Shown: positions 17,204-26,377, counted from the first letter of the stretch. The stretch is 35,456 bases of DNA from Thermoproteota archaeon (GCA_015522685.1 WALU01000013.1:1-35456); one strand, 5' to 3'. Numbers and translations are program-made. Notes: generated from the letters alone by a model not told the origin.

Positions 17204-17842
17204 ATGTATAGATCAGGAATTGCATCTGAACCAGGTCATAAGGTCAGAGTAGGAGAGCTAAGCGGAGGAAGTTTCGAAGAAATAGCAGTAAATCAGGTCA
17301 GATATTTTAGATTACCTTGGGGAAGCGTTTCTAAAGTTAGAGTGATGGGTATTGTTATCGACTCTTGGAAGAGCGATAATGGAACGTTCGCTAGGCTGGA
17401 GATTCATGATGGTACTGGAAGCATACAAGTAAAGGCTTGGGAGGAGGATATTTCCAGAATCACAGATCCATATACCAATAGGCTATATGATGTAGGAGCC
17501 ATAATAGATGTGATGGGAAGAATAAGAAGCTGGAGGGATACCATCTACTTATATCCCGTGCTGGCCAGTAAGGTAAAGAACCCAAATTTGATATTGCTGA
17601 GAGAGTTGGAGATCTTAAGGAGAATCTTGAGACATAAATCCCCTCCAGTAAGTAGGCTTGATAATCATGCTATTGATTCAGTGCTCATTAGGCTGCTAAA
17701 AGACGTAGGTCCTCTCAGTTCGGATGAGGTAGCTGACCTCTTAAAATGGGATCTAGATGAAGTCTCTAAAAGGATAGCTGAGCTGAAAAGTTCAGGTTTA
17801 ATATATGAGAGGAATGGCAAATACGTGTATATTGGAAGGTGA
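17204..17842 (+). CDS. RPA32/RPA2-like ssDNA-binding protein (OB fold + C-terminal winged helix)
   Basis: OB signature VRVMGIV...LEIHDGTGSIQVKAW...DVMGRIR; C-terminal wHTH (LSSDEVADLL...ELKSSGLIYE). Confidence 0.75.
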   Translation: MYRSGIASEPGHKVRVGELSGGSFEEIAVNQVRYFRLPWGSVSKVRVMGIVIDSWKSDNGTFARLEIHDGTGSIQVKAWEEDISRITDPYTNRLYDVGAIIDVMGRIRSWRDTIYLYPVLASKVKNPNLILLRELEILRRILRHKSPPVSRLDNHAIDSVLIRLLKDVGPLSSDEVADLLKWDLDEVSKRIAELKSSGLIYERNGKYVYIGR

Positions 17843-17849
17843 TTATGCA

Positions 17850-18272
17850 ATGTCATCAAAGGAAGAATATCTGAGTATGCTAAAGGAGGCGAGAAAGCAG
17901 CTTCCATCAGTAGTTATAAGTGGAGAAAGATTTACACCTCCGAAGCCTGTAATATTAATACAGAGTAAACAAACTCATATAGTCAATTTTAGAGAGATAG
18001 TAAATGCCCTAAATAGGGATCCTAAGCTAGTAGCTAGGTATTTATCAAAGGAGCTTGGATCTCCATACTTCCTAACGGAGGATTCAAGAAAACTAATCTT
18101 AAGCAGGAGGATAGACCCAAGGCAGGTTGCAAATAGGATAGACAGGTTTATAAGAACCTATGTTGTATGTCCTCATTGCGGTAGGCCTGATACAGTTATA
18201 GTTAAGGTAAAAAAGACATGGGTCTTACGATGCTTGGCTTGTGGAGCTGAGACACCGATACCCAAGATCTAG
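17850..18272 (+). CDS. eif2b: Translation initiation factor aIF2 beta
   Basis: GERF..P, THIVNF, LNRDP, KELG, YVVCPHCGRPDT...CLACGA; ATG 17850 follows GGTGA. Confidence 0.94.
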   Translation: MSSKEEYLSMLKEARKQLPSVVISGERFTPPKPVILIQSKQTHIVNFREIVNALNRDPKLVARYLSKELGSPYFLTEDSRKLILSRRIDPRQVANRIDRFIRTYVVCPHCGRPDTVIVKVKKTWVLRCLACGAETPIPKI

Positions 18273-18283
18273 AGGGTGATCTC

Positions 18284-18664
18284 TTGCCATGGAGCAAGAA
18301 AAGAAGAAAGAAGAGCAGGAGGAAACATAAAGGTGGTGACATTGAGAAATCTCTCGATATCGAGATGGGGGAACTACTTCCTACTGAGGATGAGTTAGAG
18401 GTTTTTGGTAGAGTATTGGAACCTTTAGGCAAAGGTCACTTTAGGATTGAATGCGCCGATGGAGCTATTCGAGTATGTAGAGTTAGAGGAAAGCTGAGAG
18501 GCAGGAGATCTTGGATAAGACGGGGGGATATAGTCCTTGTATCCATATGGCCATTTAAGAAGGAAAAGGGAGATATAGTAGTGAGGTATACTCATCAACA
18601 GGTGAATTGGTTAATAGAGAAAGATCATATACCGAAAGATTGGGCTTTTTATAAAGGAAGTTAA
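18284..18664 (+). CDS. eif1a: Translation initiation factor aIF1A
   Basis: LG.GHFRIECADG..RVCRVRGKLR..WIRRGDIVLV..W...KGDIVVRY. Confidence 0.94.
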   Translation: MPWSKKRRKKSRRKHKGGDIEKSLDIEMGELLPTEDELEVFGRVLEPLGKGHFRIECADGAIRVCRVRGKLRGRRSWIRRGDIVLVSIWPFKKEKGDIVVRYTHQQVNWLIEKDHIPKDWAFYKGS

Positions 18665-18677
18665 AAGACATTAAATC

Positions 18678-19260
18678 TTGCCAGAATCGAACAAATTTGA
18701 TGAGATAGAGGATAAAATGGAGAAGATGTTAGATAGCTTGCTTTTGATATGAGGTCCATGAGATCTCTTCTAAATTTGCTTAATAAGAGTAAGGGCATTT
18801 CGACTGGTTTAATATGGACAATTAAATTTTAGAAGTAATCTTTCATATTAACTAGGGGATTCTCTATAGAAGTTATAAGATTTATACAGCTAACTTCAAG
18901 AGTATGTAAATTATATTAATGAAGTTTATAGGAAAATGGAATATCAGCTCCTATCTTAAAGGATATGAAGCTAGGTAGATTAGATAAATATTTGAGGAAT
19001 CTATTGGAAAAATGAAGAAAATATAATTGAAAGCCGACTTAATTCATGGAGGCCTAAGTGAATACAATATCATAATTTGGAGAGATCTTCATTGGATAAT
19101 TGGTGTTTCACAAGCTGTTGTCTCTTCTCATCCAAATTTATTTTCCTTATTAGTCAATAATGCAGGAAGAATTACCTCATTTTTAAAAAGGAGATACCAT
19201 ATAGATTTACCTAGCTCATACAAGATCGCCGAGGAACTCATCGGTGGGAAGTGCATTTGA
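18678..19260 (+). pseudogene. rio1: RIO1 kinase pseudogene
   Basis: Fragments in shifting frames: AFDMRSMRSLLNLLNKSKGISTG, YKIYTANFKSM*, GISAPILKD, KADLIHGGLSEYNII...IIGVSQAV...HPN. Internal stops and deletions; sits in the conserved aIF1A-rio1-dim2-top6 slot. Confidence 0.88.
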
Positions 19261-19263
19261 GAG

Positions 19264-19848
19264 GTGATATTATCATTGCAAGAAATTAGAGTCAGGATTC
19301 CTAGAGACAGAGTAGGCGTTCTGATAGGCAAAAGAGGATCTGTCAAAGCTGCGATAGAGGATATGGCTGGCGTAAAAATAAATGTGAGTAGCGTAAGCGG
19401 AGAGGTTTATGTAAAGTTTACTGAACCACCTAGCGATCTTCTCCTCCCAACGAAGTTGAAGTCTGTAATCCAGGCTATTGGTAGGGGGTTTAATCCTGAA
19501 ATAGCCTTTGAACTGTTGAAGGATGATTATATGCTAGAAGTGATTGATATAAGGAGATTTGTTGGAGATAGAAAAAATGCTCTTAAGAGAATGAGAGGCA
19601 GACTTATAGGAGAGAAAGGAAAAGCTAGATCTCACATTGAAGAGAGAACAAACACTCACATCTCTGTTTATGGGCATACTGTATCTATAATAGGTAGAGC
19701 GTATAATATGGTGGCTGCTAAAGAGGCAGTTATATCCCTTTTAAAAGGTTCCATGCATTCTACAGCTTACCGCACCATGGAAAAGAAGATGTCAGAGATT
19801 GCTAGAAAATCTGCAATTGATGAGAGTCTCCACGGGGAGACTGAATGA
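19264..19848 (+). CDS. KH-domain rRNA-processing protein (Dim2/Pno1 family)
   Basis: RVGVLIGKRG, AIGRGFNPE, RGRLIGEKG, GSMHSTAY. Confidence 0.92.
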   Translation: MILSLQEIRVRIPRDRVGVLIGKRGSVKAAIEDMAGVKINVSSVSGEVYVKFTEPPSDLLLPTKLKSVIQAIGRGFNPEIAFELLKDDYMLEVIDIRRFVGDRKNALKRMRGRLIGEKGKARSHIEERTNTHISVYGHTVSIIGRAYNMVAAKEAVISLLKGSMHSTAYRTMEKKMSEIARKSAIDESLHGETE

Positions 19849-19862
19849 AGAGATGTGATCGC

Positions 19863-21425
19863 ATGTCAGAAGAGGTAAAATTAGAGGAAATTAGTGCAGC
19901 GGATTTCTTCTATCGAAATAAGTCACTTGCAGGTTTTGATAATCCAGTAAGGGCCACATACACCATTGTAAGGGAGTTAGTAGAGAATGCCTTAGACGCT
20001 GCTGAAGTCCCCGAAAGACCTCCCCAAGTAGAGATAGTGATGATGGAGTATAAAAGTAAAATCAAGAGTTCTTTGCCTTGGTATAAGATGGCGGTTGCAG
20101 ATAATGGAATTGGATTAGATCCAGATGAAATTCCAAGGGCTTTTGGTAGGGTATTCGTCAGCTCGAAATATCGACTTATACAGAGCAGGGGTACTTTTGG
20201 ATTAGGAGGGACTATGGCGCTTCTTTATGGCCAGATAACCACGAATATACCATTTAAAGTGATTTCTGCTAAAGAAAATGAGCCAGTATATGAAATAACG
20301 ATGATGATAGATATTAAAAAAAATGAACCCGTAATTATAGAAAAGAGAATACTGAGAGGAGTATCTAGAGCTTCATTTACTATAGTTGAATCATTCTTCG
20401 AAGGTAATTATCCAAGAGCCAAGAAAAAGATAATAGACTATCTACATCAAACAGCCATCGTTGTTCCTTATGCTAATATATCTTTCTTAGACCCAGAGGG
20501 TAACTTTTACATATTCCCAAGGAGCACGAATAGAATGCCACCACGCCCGAAGGAGGCGCTCCATCATCCAAAAGGTGTAGATTTAGAGTTGCTTCAAAGA
20601 CTACTGCGATCTACTAGAGCCAGAACTCTTAAGTCTTTCTTGATTAGGCATTTTCAGAGAGTAGGAGAAAAAACATCAATAGAGGTACTCAAGCTTGCGA
20701 ATCTCCCACCAGGTAAGAAACCCTCTAAATTAGATAAACAGGAGATTTCTTCGCTATTTCACGCCCTTAAGAGCTATAATAGATTCCTACCTCCAGATCC
20801 TAGCGTACTCTCCCCTTTAGGGGCAGGCCTATTCGAATTAGGAATAAGAAAAGAACTTCAACCTGAGTTTGTAAAAGCCGTTCAGAGACCACCCTCTGTC
20901 TATGGAGCTCATCCCTTCATTATAGAAGCAGCCGTTGCTTATGGGGGTCAAATAAGGCTTGTAGGGGATATACAGCTCTACAGGTATGCAAATAGGATAC
21001 CTCTCCTTTATGACGTTTCCAGCGATATCTCCTATCAGATAATTAAGAAGATAGACTGGAACAATTACGGGATAAAGAGTCCGGAGGATGAACCTGTAGT
21101 ATTCTTCGTCCATGTAGTATCTACAAAGGTACCGTTCAAGACTGTTGGAAAGGAATTCATAGCTAATGTACCTGAAGTTGCAAAGGAAGTAGAGCTAGGA
21201 TTAAGAACATGTGCGAGGGATCTCAGAATATTTTTAAGCAGAAAAAGAAGAAAAGAAACACTAAGGAGGAGATACAAGCTATTTAAGATGTACTATCAGA
21301 TAATTGCGGATACTCTTAGAGATATGCTAGGAGAGAGACCTCCCATTGAAGTTTTGCTGAATAGATTAAGCGCTAATGTGGGTGAGGAAAATGGAGGAGA
21401 TGAATGTAAAGAAGAGAGCGCTTGA
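19863..21425 (+). CDS. top6B: DNA topoisomerase VI subunit B
   Basis: ELVENALDA, DNGIG, SSKY..QSRGTFGLG, RYANRIPL, STKVPF..GKE. Confidence 0.96.
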   Translation: MSEEVKLEEISAADFFYRNKSLAGFDNPVRATYTIVRELVENALDAAEVPERPPQVEIVMMEYKSKIKSSLPWYKMAVADNGIGLDPDEIPRAFGRVFVSSKYRLIQSRGTFGLGGTMALLYGQITTNIPFKVISAKENEPVYEITMMIDIKKNEPVIIEKRILRGVSRASFTIVESFFEGNYPRAKKKIIDYLHQTAIVVPYANISFLDPEGNFYIFPRSTNRMPPRPKEALHHPKGVDLELLQRLLRSTRARTLKSFLIRHFQRVGEKTSIEVLKLANLPPGKKPSKLDKQEISSLFHALKSYNRFLPPDPSVLSPLGAGLFELGIRKELQPEFVKAVQRPPSVYGAHPFIIEAAVAYGGQIRLVGDIQLYRYANRIPLLYDVSSDISYQIIKKIDWNNYGIKSPEDEPVVFFVHVVSTKVPFKTVGKEFIANVPEVAKEVELGLRTCARDLRIFLSRKRRKETLRRRYKLFKMYYQIIADTLRDMLGERPPIEVLLNRLSANVGEENGGDECKEESA

Positions 21426-22491
21426 ATTAGCTAGACAGATAGTTGGGATGATAAAGAAAGGTGAGTTTCCTGAAATAGAGTACCCCCCTAATAGCCAGAA
21501 GAATATAGAATTTGACGAGAAGATAGGGTATATATTCGATCCAAAAGCATATAGCAGGATAAAAGGCTCAAGAGTTAAAAGCCTAAAAACTCTAGCAGGC
21601 GTCTTATATGGCTTGAGTAGGGCATTAGATCATCTAGAAAATGGACTTACAATGACTAAAAGAGATTTTTACTATGTTCACAAGGTTGAGAAGCTCAAAG
21701 AAACACTATTTCCAGAAGATCAAAGGGAAACTGATGCTAGGATCGTACTCATGGAATTAATACTGGGAATGCCTAGAGAAGCTTTCTCTATTACTAGTGA
21801 CCCAAGAGGATGGATTTATGGGGATATAGAACTCATAGATAAGTCTGGTAGGGTACTAAGAACAGACAGAGTTGGAGAAATGGGTTATTCTGTTCCTCCA
21901 AGGCCCGAGAATATAAAGTTCAAGAGAATAGGAGTTAAGGCCGTTATAGCAATAGAGAAGGTTGGTCCTGCTAAGAACATGATTGAACTTGGGATTCCTG
22001 AAGAAAGAAAAATAGCCATAGCGATACTTCAAGGACAAGCTTCAAGAAGCATGAGGAGGTTCCTGAGAATGTTATCTGATGAGGGAATACCTACAGCGAT
22101 ACTAACTGACTTATCACCATGGTCTCTAAGGATAGCTGCCACTGTCATATATAACAGCATAAATTCGGCGCATATACCATATCTAGCCTCCCCAGAGGCT
22201 AGATTCATAGGCATATTGGCTAAGGATGTGGAAGAGGGGTTCTTTAGGGATTATCAATTCGCATTGGAGCCTTTAACTCAAGCAGATCTCAAGGCTGCAA
22301 TAGATAATCAGTTTTTACCAAATCTGCAGAACGAATTTTGGCAGGAGGAGAACAAATGGTTTTTAGAAGAGAAAAAGAAGGCAGAAATAGAGATATTTAA
22401 GGCAATGAGTCCCACCGCAAGGAAGTTGAAAGACTTATTCGTAAGATATCTCAGGGAAAAGTTAGATGAGCATATGGGGATAAGTATTTGA
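21391..22491 (+). CDS. top6A: DNA topoisomerase VI subunit A
   Basis: TKRDFYY (catalytic Tyr), IAIEK, TDLSP TOPRIM, KKAEIE; overlaps the end of top6B. Confidence 0.93.
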   Translation: MEEMNVKKRALELARQIVGMIKKGEFPEIEYPPNSQKNIEFDEKIGYIFDPKAYSRIKGSRVKSLKTLAGVLYGLSRALDHLENGLTMTKRDFYYVHKVEKLKETLFPEDQRETDARIVLMELILGMPREAFSITSDPRGWIYGDIELIDKSGRVLRTDRVGEMGYSVPPRPENIKFKRIGVKAVIAIEKVGPAKNMIELGIPEERKIAIAILQGQASRSMRRFLRMLSDEGIPTAILTDLSPWSLRIAATVIYNSINSAHIPYLASPEARFIGILAKDVEEGFFRDYQFALEPLTQADLKAAIDNQFLPNLQNEFWQEENKWFLEEKKKAEIEIFKAMSPTARKLKDLFVRYLREKLDEHMGISI

Positions 22492-22601
22492 TTGTCTTGA
22501 GTTGTTAAGAAACAAGTTCATCCTTCATTTTTCTTTTAGAGGGATAATATCGTGGAAAGGCCAGTAACATTTTTATTGGGCTATATTCGCTAGGTAAACG
22601 G

Positions 22602-22676
22602 GCTCCGGTGGTGTAGCCCGGCTAAGCATAGGGGCCTTTCGAGCCCCAGACCCGGGTTCAAATCCCGGCCGGAGCA
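22602..22676 (+). tRNA. tRNA-Glu(TTC)
   Basis: Acceptor GCTCCGG/CCGGAGC; anticodon arm GGGGC-CT TTC GA-GCCCC. Confidence 0.96.
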
Positions 22677-22679
22677 CTA

Positions 22680-22766
22680 GCGGGGGTGGCCGAGCCAGGT
22701 CCAAGGCGCCGGATTCAGGGTCCGGTGGGCGTTAGGCCCTCGTGGGTTCGAATCCCACCCCCCGCA
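22680..22766 (+). tRNA. tRNA-Leu(CAG)
   Basis: Acceptor GCGGGGG/CCCCCGC; CCGGA-TT CAG GG-TCCGG; long variable arm GGGC..GCCC. Confidence 0.96.
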
Positions 22767-22809
22767 TATAACATCAATTTTTATAGCCAGTAGCTCATAG
22801 TGCATCTGA

Positions 22810-22882
22810 AGCCCCGTAGTGTAGTGGTCAAGCACGCCAGGCTTTGAACCCGGAGACCCCGGTTCGAATCCGGGCGGGGCTA
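22810..22882 (+). tRNA. tRNA-Gln(TTG)
   Basis: A1-U72 archaeal Gln signature; CCAGG-CT TTG AA-CCCGG with one A:C mismatch. Confidence 0.93.
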
Positions 22883-22904
22883 ACAACATTCTCAGTGGTT
22901 AGAA

Positions 22905-23411
22905 ATGTGTGAAACTCTATTTATGGTTGATTCAATGAGCGGTAAGATAGCTAAATGGCTTAGGATTTTAGGTTGTAATGTCCTGTATGCAAGGTCATCG
23001 ATAAGCGATTCAAGGCTACTTGGCATCACCAAGGGGAGGGTTCTCGTGACGAGAGATAAAGAGCTAGGATATAGAGCTGAGAAGTCCGGAGAGAGTGCAA
23101 TACTCATATCGGAGGATACAGTAGAAGCATTGGCTCTGATTTCTAAAGAATTTTCAGTTAATCTGAAAATAGATCCTAAAGCTACAAGATGTCCCTTCTG
23201 TAATGCCAGGTTGATATTGGTGGGTAGATCTGCTGTAGCCGATAAATTACCAAGAGAAGTAGTAAATTCTCATACCAAGTTCCTCATATGCCCATCTTGC
23301 AGAAAGACGTTCTGGTTTGGAACCCATTACTGGAATATGTTGAGGACGTTATCAAAGGTAAAAGAGAAAAAGCATCATATGTCTAACTCAAGGGCCGATG
23401 ATGATAGGTGA
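22905..23411 (+). CDS. Mut7-C RNase (PIN + Zn ribbon) domain protein
   Basis: FMVDSM.GKIAKWLRILG, RVLVTRD, TRCPFCN, CPSCRKTFWFGTH. Confidence 0.9.
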   Translation: MCETLFMVDSMSGKIAKWLRILGCNVLYARSSISDSRLLGITKGRVLVTRDKELGYRAEKSGESAILISEDTVEALALISKEFSVNLKIDPKATRCPFCNARLILVGRSAVADKLPREVVNSHTKFLICPSCRKTFWFGTHYWNMLRTLSKVKEKKHHMSNSRADDDR

Positions 23412-23452
23412 CGGCAATGATCAGTGAATTAACTGACCTATCCTGAGGTCCT
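23391..23452 (+). ncRNA. Candidate box C/D sRNA or K-turn RNA
   Basis: C box ATGATGA (23398), 12-nt guide, D' ATGA (23417), C'-like GTGAATT (23424), 12-nt guide, D box CTGA (23443); terminal stem AGGGCC/GGTCCT. Confidence 0.62.
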
Positions 23453-23517
23453 GATCTGTAACTTCAATGAAAGTAAATTAATTTATGTAGCTTACTACCT
23501 TCTCACCAGGTGAGATT

Positions 23518-24654
23518 ACGGACAAATTAGCTTTAGTTCTAAGAAACATTGCAGAGCCTTTAGATGAATTTGTAATGACCATCGATGAGATAAAGGAGAT
23601 GCTTAGATCTGGAAGGCATAATACTTATGTTGGATATGAACCATCTGGTCCAATACACTTAGGAACTCTTATTACGATATACAAGCTCAGGGATATGATA
23701 GATGCTGGGTTTCATGCGATAGCTCTTATGGCTGACATACATGCCATTTTGAACCTAAAAGGGCCTAGAGATCTAATAGAAGAAGTATCAATGACCTACT
23801 GGAAAACTGTATTTCATATGCTTGGTTCCCCAGAAATAGAGATTAGATTAGGCAGCGAATTTGAGCTATCTCCTAATTACGTGCTAGATCTATTAGCCCT
23901 CTCTCAGAGAGTGACTGCCAGGAGAGCATGGAGGGCTATGTCCATTATAGCGAGGGAGGAGAAAGATCCCCTTGTATCTCATCATATTTATCCATTGATG
24001 CAGGCTTTAGATATCCTTTATTTAGGAGTAAATGTCGCTATAGGAGGGACAGACCAGAGGAAGATACACGCTCTAGCAAGAGATGTGTTCTCTATGCAGA
24101 TACCCTTGAGGGTAAAGAGATATGTCCCATCTGCTATACATATTCCTCTCCTACCTGGATTGACCGGAGGGAAGATGAGTAGTAGTTTACCTAGATCTCA
24201 TATAGCTGTTCATGATCCACCTGAGGTAATTAAAGAAAAGATAAAACAAGCTTACTGTCCACCAGGATCTGAAAGCCAGTATGATATCAAAAGAAAGATT
24301 AAAAATCCGATACTAGGTATATTCAAATATTTCGTATTGCCGATGCATGAGAACATTAAGCTACCTAGATCAAGAGCTTCTGGAGGAGGAGAAATAGGGA
24401 TATCAAGTTATAACGAGCTAGAAAGGAGTTACATTGAGGGTAAAGTGCATCCATTGGATCTCAAGAACTTTCTAGCGGAATATCTGATAAGGGAATTTTC
24501 TCCTGTCAGGGAGAAATTACTATCTGATAAGAGCCTAATAAAACCACTATATAGACTCCAAAAGTGCCAAAAAGAAAGGGGATTATTTGGCGAATTAGAA
24601 TGGAAGGATGCATTGAAATCCTATTATCCATATCTAGGGGAAAGCATCTCTTAA
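23518..24654 (+). CDS. tyrS: Tyrosyl-tRNA synthetase (probable ACG start at 23518; track start 23575)
   Basis: YVGYEPSG.IHLGT, ADIHA.LN, YPLMQALD, GGTDQRKIH, KMSSS, VHPLDLK. Confidence 0.93.
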   Translation, partial: TDKLALVLRNIAEPLDEFVMTIDEIKEMLRSGRHNTYVGYEPSGPIHLGTLITIYKLRDMIDAGFHAIALMADIHAILNLKGPRDLIEEVSMTYWKTVFHMLGSPEIEIRLGSEFELSPNYVLDLLALSQRVTARRAWRAMSIIAREEKDPLVSHHIYPLMQALDILYLGVNVAIGGTDQRKIHALARDVFSMQIPLRVKRYVPSAIHIPLLPGLTGGKMSSSLPRSHIAVHDPPEVIKEKIKQAYCPPGSESQYDIKRKIKNPILGIFKYFVLPMHENIKLPRSRASGGGEIGISSYNELERSYIEGKVHPLDLKNFLAEYLIREFSPVREKLLSDKSLIKPLYRLQKCQKERGLFGELEWKDALKSYYPYLGESIS

Positions 24655-24817
24655 TCGCTTCTCTCTTTTAGTGTAAGGAAAGGGATCTTTAGGATAGCAT
24701 ACTTGTGATAGTTTCCAGGCATATTAGAGATGAAGAAACCTCGCTTCTGAGCCTTTTAATTAGTATATGGAAAGAACAGACAGATAAAATAGAAGAAATA
24801 TTAAGAAGAATCAAATT

Positions 24818-25687
24818 TTAACTAACTTTTTCCTTTAGAGTTTTAGCTATGATGACCGCTTTTCTTATTAGGTAAGGTATTGTCTTATCAGAGATCCAAC
24901 CTATTTCTAAGGCCAGATTAAGGGCTCCTCTGATTGCCTTCTCTGCCAGAGGCTTTATTGTGTATTTGTTTATCTCTCTCATCTCAATGGCTATGCTAAG
25001 TGCCGTAGAATGAGCTTTAGTTAGCATATTAACTACATCCTCTCTAGCTATAGAGAGTACCTCTGGTAGGTATAGCAAACCTTCACTATCTACTGCGGCT
25101 TTTATTTTAAATCCCACCTTGAGCGGTTTTATATCAAGATTTCTTAATAAATCTGCTATTTGGTGAGAGATAACCTCTCCTTTCTTCGCTATTGTAAAGT
25201 TTTCTATTATGGCTATTTTACCACCTTGTATCTTAGTGGGAATGTTCATTGCTCTTAGATCAGTTAATATATGCCCTGGAACTATATCTGTAGGGCCTTT
25301 TGGTATAATTATATTGCTTTCTGCTATATCACCGGGCTTAAGGAAAACGTTTGCCTTTCTTTCAGTGATTAATCTATAGGTCTCAGAGGGATCCTTCTTA
25401 CTAAATATAACCACTAGGTTTAGGGGCATGTGCTTCAATAGCTTATCTAACCTCTTTTTATCTAATTCACTAGCTACTTTAAAGACAAGCCTTCTCTTTA
25501 TCACAAAGAACCTAATATCGGGGGATAGCTCTTTCCTAGCGTGCTGGAAATGATTAGCTGGAACCCTAGCGAAATCTGCGAACATTATTGTAGGGTACTT
25601 ATTGATCAATTCAACAAATTTCTCCATTATTTTAGCTTTTCTAGCTCTCTGAGGGCTCTCTTTTTTTCTAACAGTTATAGTAGACAT
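24818..25687 (-). CDS. rpl10: 50S ribosomal protein L10 (P0), lacking the acidic C-terminal tail
   Basis: KPGDIA..NIIIPKGPTDIVPG, IPTKIQGGKI, LDIKPLKVG; follows rpl1; ATG 25687 after GGTGA. Confidence 0.92.
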   Translation of the reverse strand: MSTITVRKKESPQRARKAKIMEKFVELINKYPTIMFADFARVPANHFQHARKELSPDIRFFVIKRRLVFKVASELDKKRLDKLLKHMPLNLVVIFSKKDPSETYRLITERKANVFLKPGDIAESNIIIPKGPTDIVPGHILTDLRAMNIPTKIQGGKIAIIENFTIAKKGEVISHQIADLLRNLDIKPLKVGFKIKAAVDSEGLLYLPEVLSIAREDVVNMLTKAHSTALSIAIEMREINKYTIKPLAEKAIRGALNLALEIGWISDKTIPYLIRKAVIIAKTLKEKVS

Positions 25688-25691
25688 AATA

Positions 25692-26372
25692 TCACCTTCT
25701 CTTTGCAAAGGATATAGGTAGCTCGTATGCAGAACCCATTGTAGTTTTCACATAAATCTTAGCTATCTTTGATGGATCTTCGTATTTTCTCTCTATGACT
25801 GACAATATTGTTCTAATGTTATCTAGGATCCCCTCTGGATCCATGTCCCTAGAACCAACTTTAACATGGATAAGAGGTTGATCTTTCATTCTTATCCGTA
25901 CAGATCTCTTAAGTCCCTCTATTGTAGATGGAAGTTGTGATACTGCTGTAACTGGCAAATTAATTGGCATTTTGTTCCTAGGCCCAAATACTGGGCCTAT
26001 ATACCTAACTATTTTTGGAAGCATATCTGCTTGAGCTATGAAGAAATCATAATCTCTAGCTAGCTTCTTGAGGTTCTTTTTATTACCAGCCATAGATTCT
26101 ATCTCCTCAGGCTCAAGCACCCTATCAGCCCCTGCCTCCTTGGCCTTAAGCGCAAACTCTCCCCTGCCTATAACTGCTATTTTTATAGGCTTATTAGGTG
26201 GATGAGGTAACTTTACTACCTCGTTTATCTTTGCATTTGGATTTCTTTTTAGATCTATACCCCTAAGCAATACTACTAGATCTATCACTTCATTAAATCT
26301 CCTCTTAGGACTTTTATCCTTCATTTCAGAGATTACTCTAAGGGTCTCATCCTCCAGTAATAGCTGAGACAT
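25692..26372 (-). CDS. rpl1: 50S ribosomal protein L1
   Basis: RRFNEVIDL, YDFFIA, FGPRNKMP, HVKVG, YVKTTMG. Confidence 0.95.
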   Translation of the reverse strand: MSQLLLEDETLRVISEMKDKSPKRRFNEVIDLVVLLRGIDLKRNPNAKINEVVKLPHPPNKPIKIAVIGRGEFALKAKEAGADRVLEPEEIESMAGNKKNLKKLARDYDFFIAQADMLPKIVRYIGPVFGPRNKMPINLPVTAVSQLPSTIEGLKRSVRIRMKDQPLIHVKVGSRDMDPEGILDNIRTILSVIERKYEDPSKIAKIYVKTTMGSAYELPISFAKRR

Positions 26373-26377
26373 TCTGA

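Noticed and set aside
18284-18370. Basic N-terminal extension of aIF1A as a eukaryote-like novelty
   Set aside because: Lys/Arg-rich N-termini are common in archaeal aIF1A; it cannot be shown unusual without an alignment.
19027-19260. 77-aa ORF as a standalone gene
   Set aside because: It is the C-terminal fragment of the rio1 pseudogene, with catalytic Asp residues lost.
22677-22889. 70-aa minus-strand ORF (likewise 28967..29218 +)
   Set aside because: Translations of tRNA genes.
23928-24182. Same-strand alternate-frame ORF within tyrS (likewise 34103..34402 in argF)
   Set aside because: Nested in conserved genes, with no recognisable product.
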